This document shows positions 60,001 through 64,000 of a stretch of 64,000 nt of DNA, in pieces. Position numbers and translations under genes: made by a program. Numbering within the stretch: the first letter of the stretch is position 1; the number at the start of each line of letters is the position of its first letter. Below the pieces are notes generated by a model. That model ran no database searches. It was not told the origin of the DNA and saw nothing but the letters and a program-made list of their open reading frames with translations. Source of the stretch: Octopus sinensis (Eukaryota); assembly GCF_006345805.1 (NCBI RefSeq), contig NC_043006.1:49352001-49416000 (forward strand), given 5' to 3'.

Positions 60001-63000
60001 CAAGTTGATTTATGGGCAGCAGTATGAATTTGCCATTTATATATCATATTTTTATATAATCTGCTGTAATTATTAACACCTTATGTTTTCTTCCATAGGG
60101 AAACATATTGTGCTACTTGGTATTATATTCTGACAGTTTAATATCCCATATTTGTTCTGTATGGAGCCTGTCATTTAAGTGACAGAATCTTAATATGGTT
60201 TCTAAAATAACAATTCATCATCTTAACAAATCGCTTCAATAATTTGTTAAAAAGAAATATAATATATTTTTAAAGTTATTTTTGGATAGTAAATTTCTTT
60301 AACAATGAAGTACTGCTTCAAAAAGCAGTTTTTATAAAAATAAGCAAAAACTGTTCTTAACTATAAGAATATTAGCAAACAAAACAGCTGTTTACCTTGT
60401 TGAGGGAACGAGCATCTCGGTAAAACAGAATTTTCATAGCTTTCGTTATAAGAGTCTTGGCCTCACTCATTGACATGTCTGGGTTTTTCTCAAGAGCTTC
60501 TCTTAATATAGGCTGCAACATAATTCAGAAAGGTTATTAGGGTTAGTCTTTTACAACTTTAGAAATAAAACTTTGGATATTCGAGACAAAGATTAAAAAT
60601 AAATTTAAAAGAAATGTCAAACTTACACGAGCCAAATAAGCTCCAAAGCCAGTAGCTAGAGTGTCAGATGTATATGCAATGCCAATTTTGTCGACATAGC
60701 CAAGGAATCTGTAAGCAGATAATACAAAGATGTTATAAGTTGAAGCAATTAATTCTACAAAACTACCTAAAATACTGAATAATAATAATAGTAAAGTTGC
60801 TAATTGATCCATCATGTCCGTTTGATTCCAGGATCATAAAGAAAGAAGATGAAAAAAATATAATCCCTTAAAATTTGAAATTGCAAGAACTTGGAATATG
60901 AAAACTGTAAAGGCTGTGAATATAATAATTGGTGCCTTGGGAAATGTAAGTAAAGATGTAAACAAATGGTTGAAGGAGATTGGAATAGAATGTCCTGTAG
61001 AGTTTCTACAGAAAGCTTGATTCTTAGGGACAGGAAGGATTAACAGGAGGGTTCTAAGAACTTGAAAGACTATTGAAAGCTAATGGATACCTAAGGTTAC
61101 AGCTAACACCCCACCATCCACATAAATCCAGCCAGGAATAAGACCAAGCTTGAGTCAAATCATCATCATCATCATCGTTTAACGTCTGTTCTCCATGCTA
61201 GCATGGGTTGGACGGTTCGACCGGGGATCTGGGAAGCCAGAAGGCTGCACCAGGCTCCAGTCTTATCTGGCAATGTTTCTACAGCTGGATGCCCTTCCTA
61301 ACGCCAACCACTCCGTGAGTGTAGTGGGTGCTTTTTACGTGCCACCTTACTATATATATAGGCACAAGGCCTGAAATTTTGGGGGGAGGGGTTAAGTCAA
61401 TTACACCCCCCCCCAGTGTTTCACTGGTACATAATTTATCGATCCTGAAAGGATGAAAGGCAAAGTTGACCTTGACGGAATTTGAACCAAGAACAAAGCA
61501 ATGGACGAAATACCACTAAGCATTTCATCCAGCGTGCTAACGATTCTACCAGTTCACCGCCTAATAATAATCCTTTCTACTATATATATAGGCACAGGGC
61601 CTGGATTTTGTGGGGAGGGTACAGTCGATCACATCAACCCCAGTACTACACTGGTACTTAATTTATCGACCCTGAAAGGATGAAAGGCAAAGTCGACCTC
61701 AGTGGAATTTGAACTCAGAAGTGGCAGACAAAATACCACTAAGCATTTTGCCCAGTGTGCTAATGATTCTGCCAGCTCACCACCTTAATAATAATCACCA
61801 TCTTCATCTTCCCTGTTAGCATGGGTTGGACAGTTTGATAGGATTCAATGCGCTGGAGGACTGCATTGAGCTCCAATGTCTGCTTTGGCATGGTTTCTAC
61901 AGCCGGATAAAGATGATGATCTTTGGGGGAAAAAAACATCCCCAAAACTGCTATTTTGATCCTCTTTGGTAACCTTTAATTCAGATAGCTTTGTAAGCAC
62001 TACCACAGTAAACAAAACCACTACATAAGCTGTACGTATTGCTTAACCCTCATGTCTACCCCTAGCAATTTACTTCTCTCTCTTTTTTTTTTTTTTTTTT
62101 ACTTGTCTCAGTCATCTGACTGTGGCCATGCTGGAGCACCGCATTTAGTCGAGCAAATCGACCCCCAGGCCTTATTCTTTGTAAGCCTAGTACTTATTCT
62201 ATTGGTCTCTTTTACCGAACTGCTAAGTTAAAGGGACGTAAACATACCAGCATCGGTTGCCAAGCGATGTTGGGGGGACAAACAGACACACACACACACA
62301 CATATACATATATATGATGGGCTTCTTTCAGTTTCCGTCTACCAAATCCACTCACAAGGCTTTGGTTGGCCCAAGGCTATAGTAGAAGACACTTGCCCAA
62401 GGTGCCATGCAGTGGGACTGAACCCGGAACCATGTGGTTCGTAAGCAAGCTACTAATCACACAGCCACTCCTACGCCTACAAACTATTTCTTTAATACAA
62501 TTCTATATTTCTGAAATGAAGAATTTATATTATGTATTCTGTTTATATTAGTTAGAATGGTGTTCTCATCATGATTGTTGCTTTCTTTGCATTTCGGCTG
62601 TTGTATGCTCCAGTTGCTTCAAGTGTCTTGTGTCAAACTCACTTGTATTGGAATATTGAACCTAATACTGTTCTCATTCCATTCTCTGTGTTTCATGACA
62701 TTTTTTCAGTTCAGTTGATTTTTTTTATGTGAAGTCACTTTAGCGCCTTGCATGATATTGAACTCAGAACCTCTAGGTGACTATTTCTTTAGTCTTTTCC
62801 ACTCCCTACAGTTCATTCTGTTGTACTGAATATTTCATATTTGTATAGCTTCTGCTTTGTATAGTAAAAAAAAAAAAACAAACATACACTTTACATTATT
62901 CCATACTAAAATGGCTTATTTGTCTCTCACTAAAGAAAATGTTGTCATCCCGAAGACATAAAATCTCTATAAATTATCAAAACCACAAAACTACAGAGTT

Positions 63001-63161
63001 GAGAAACAACTTACGGTTTTCCTTCATGCATTCCTCCAATGGCAAATGTGTTCCACAATGGGTCATATTTTGATCTGCGGTTGTACATGACTCTGGTCAA
63101 CCATGAAAACAAGCTTCGGGGATTGTAATTGAAGCCATCATCATAACAATTCTCATCATTT
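57084..63161 (-). CDS. PSMB4: Proteasome subunit beta type-4 (beta7), last five exons; 5' exons lie beyond 64000
   Basis: complement(join(57084..57096,58139..58227,60396..60512,60627..60708,63015..63161)). Encodes ...SWLTRVMYNRRSKYDPLWNT...FLGYVDKIG...ATGFGAYLARPILRE...LFYRDARSLNKFEIVSVTKDGATIEGPL...DWSIAHLIHGYE*; phases consistent. Confidence 0.95.
58139..58227 (-). CDS. PSMB4: PSMB4 penultimate exon (FEIVSVTKDGATIEGPLSAKVDWSIAHLI)
   Basis: gtttag acceptor, gtaagt donor. Confidence 0.93.
58309..58501. mobile_element. TTAA-flanked MITE (piggyBac-like); related partial copy at about 48780-48990
   Basis: TTAA|tcctttagcatt ... aatgctaaggg|TTAA. Confidence 0.75.
60396..60512 (-). CDS. PSMB4: PSMB4 internal exon (PILREALEK...YRDARSLNK)
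   Basis: ttgcag acceptor, gtaaac donor. Confidence 0.94.
60627..60708 (-). CDS. PSMB4: PSMB4 internal exon (FLGYVDKIGIAY...GAYLAR)
   Basis: ttacag acceptor, gtaagt donor. Confidence 0.94.
60797..61065 (+). mobile_element. Degenerate C-terminus of a restriction-like-endonuclease non-LTR element (R4/Dong or NeSL-like)
   Basis: LLIDPSCPFDSRI..KEDEK/YNPLKFEIARTW...IIIGALG...LQKA*FLGTGRINRRVL; frameshift and stop. Confidence 0.7.
63015..63161 (-). CDS. PSMB4: PSMB4 internal exon (NDENCYDDGFNYNPRSLFSWLTRVMYNRRSK...)
   Basis: cttcag acceptor, gtaagt donor. Confidence 0.94.
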
Positions 63162-64000
63162 CTGAAGAAAACAGTGTTAATAATAATAATAATGGTTTCA
63201 AATTTTGCCATAAAGGCAGCAATTTTTGGGAAGGGATGAGTCGATTACATCGACCCCAGTACTCAACTGGTATTTATTTTATTGACCCCCCAAAAGGATG
63301 AAAGGTAAAGATGACCTCAGTAGAATTTGAAATCAGAATGCAGTAATGAGCAAAATGCTGCTAAGTGTTTTGCCCAGTGTGCTAACGATTCTGCCAGCTT
63401 GCCACCTTAATAAAAATAATATTAATAATGATAATTAATTATTATTATTTCCACTCTAGGCACAAGGCTTTGAAAATTTTTTGGGGAAAAGGGCTAGTCC
63501 ATTACATCGACCCTGAAAGAACGATAGGCAAAGTTGACCGTAGCAGAATTTGAACTCAGAACATAGCAACAAACAAAATACTGCTAAGCATTTCACCTGG
63601 CGTGCCAGCTTGCCACCCTAATAATAATAATCCTTTCTCTTAAAGGCACAAGGCCAGAAATTTTTTTACTCAACTGGTACTTATTTTATCAACCTCAAAA
63701 GAAAGGCAATGATGACCTTGGTGGAATTTGAACTCAGAACATAAAGGACAAAATGGTGCTAAGCATGTCACTCAATATGCTAACGATTCTGCCAGCTTGT
63801 TTTGGTGAGGGTAAGTCGACCTCAGCGGAATTTGAACTCAGAACTTAAAGCTGGACAAAATGTCACTAAGCATTTTGCTTGGCATGCTAATGATTCTACA
63901 GCTTGCTGGCCTTTTTAATCATCACCATTTAACATTCATTGTCCATGCTGGCATGGGTTGGGCAGTTTAACTGGGCTGGCTCGCTGGAAGGCTGCACCAG

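Overview
AT-rich, microsatellite- and retroposon-dense eukaryotic genomic DNA. The repeat content (tRNA-headed SINEs, RTE LINEs, mariner) and gene sequences point to a coleoid cephalopod, most likely Octopus (inference, no database search). I reconstructed four intron-containing genes by hand with GT-AG boundaries and consistent phases: the last two exons of PPTC7 (+), a complete 12-exon RAD9 (-, 439 aa), a complete 4-exon VPS29 (+, 182 aa) head-to-head with RAD9 across 267 bp, and the last five exons of PSMB4 (-). The PPTC7-RAD9-VPS29 order and orientation matches the human PPTC7-RAD9B-VPS29 block. The strongest unexplained signal is a set of type I hammerhead-ribozyme motifs in three unrelated non-coding insertions. 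Each has an inverted partial copy beside a sense copy, and two also show a partial tandem repeat. They are a canonical hammerhead in a 487-nt unit with a 404-bp inverted repeat in RAD9 intron 7, a minimal hammerhead pair in VPS29 intron 2, and a tRNA-headed hammerhead element with a 14-bp target-site duplication. All structures were read by eye; none was folded computationally or tested.
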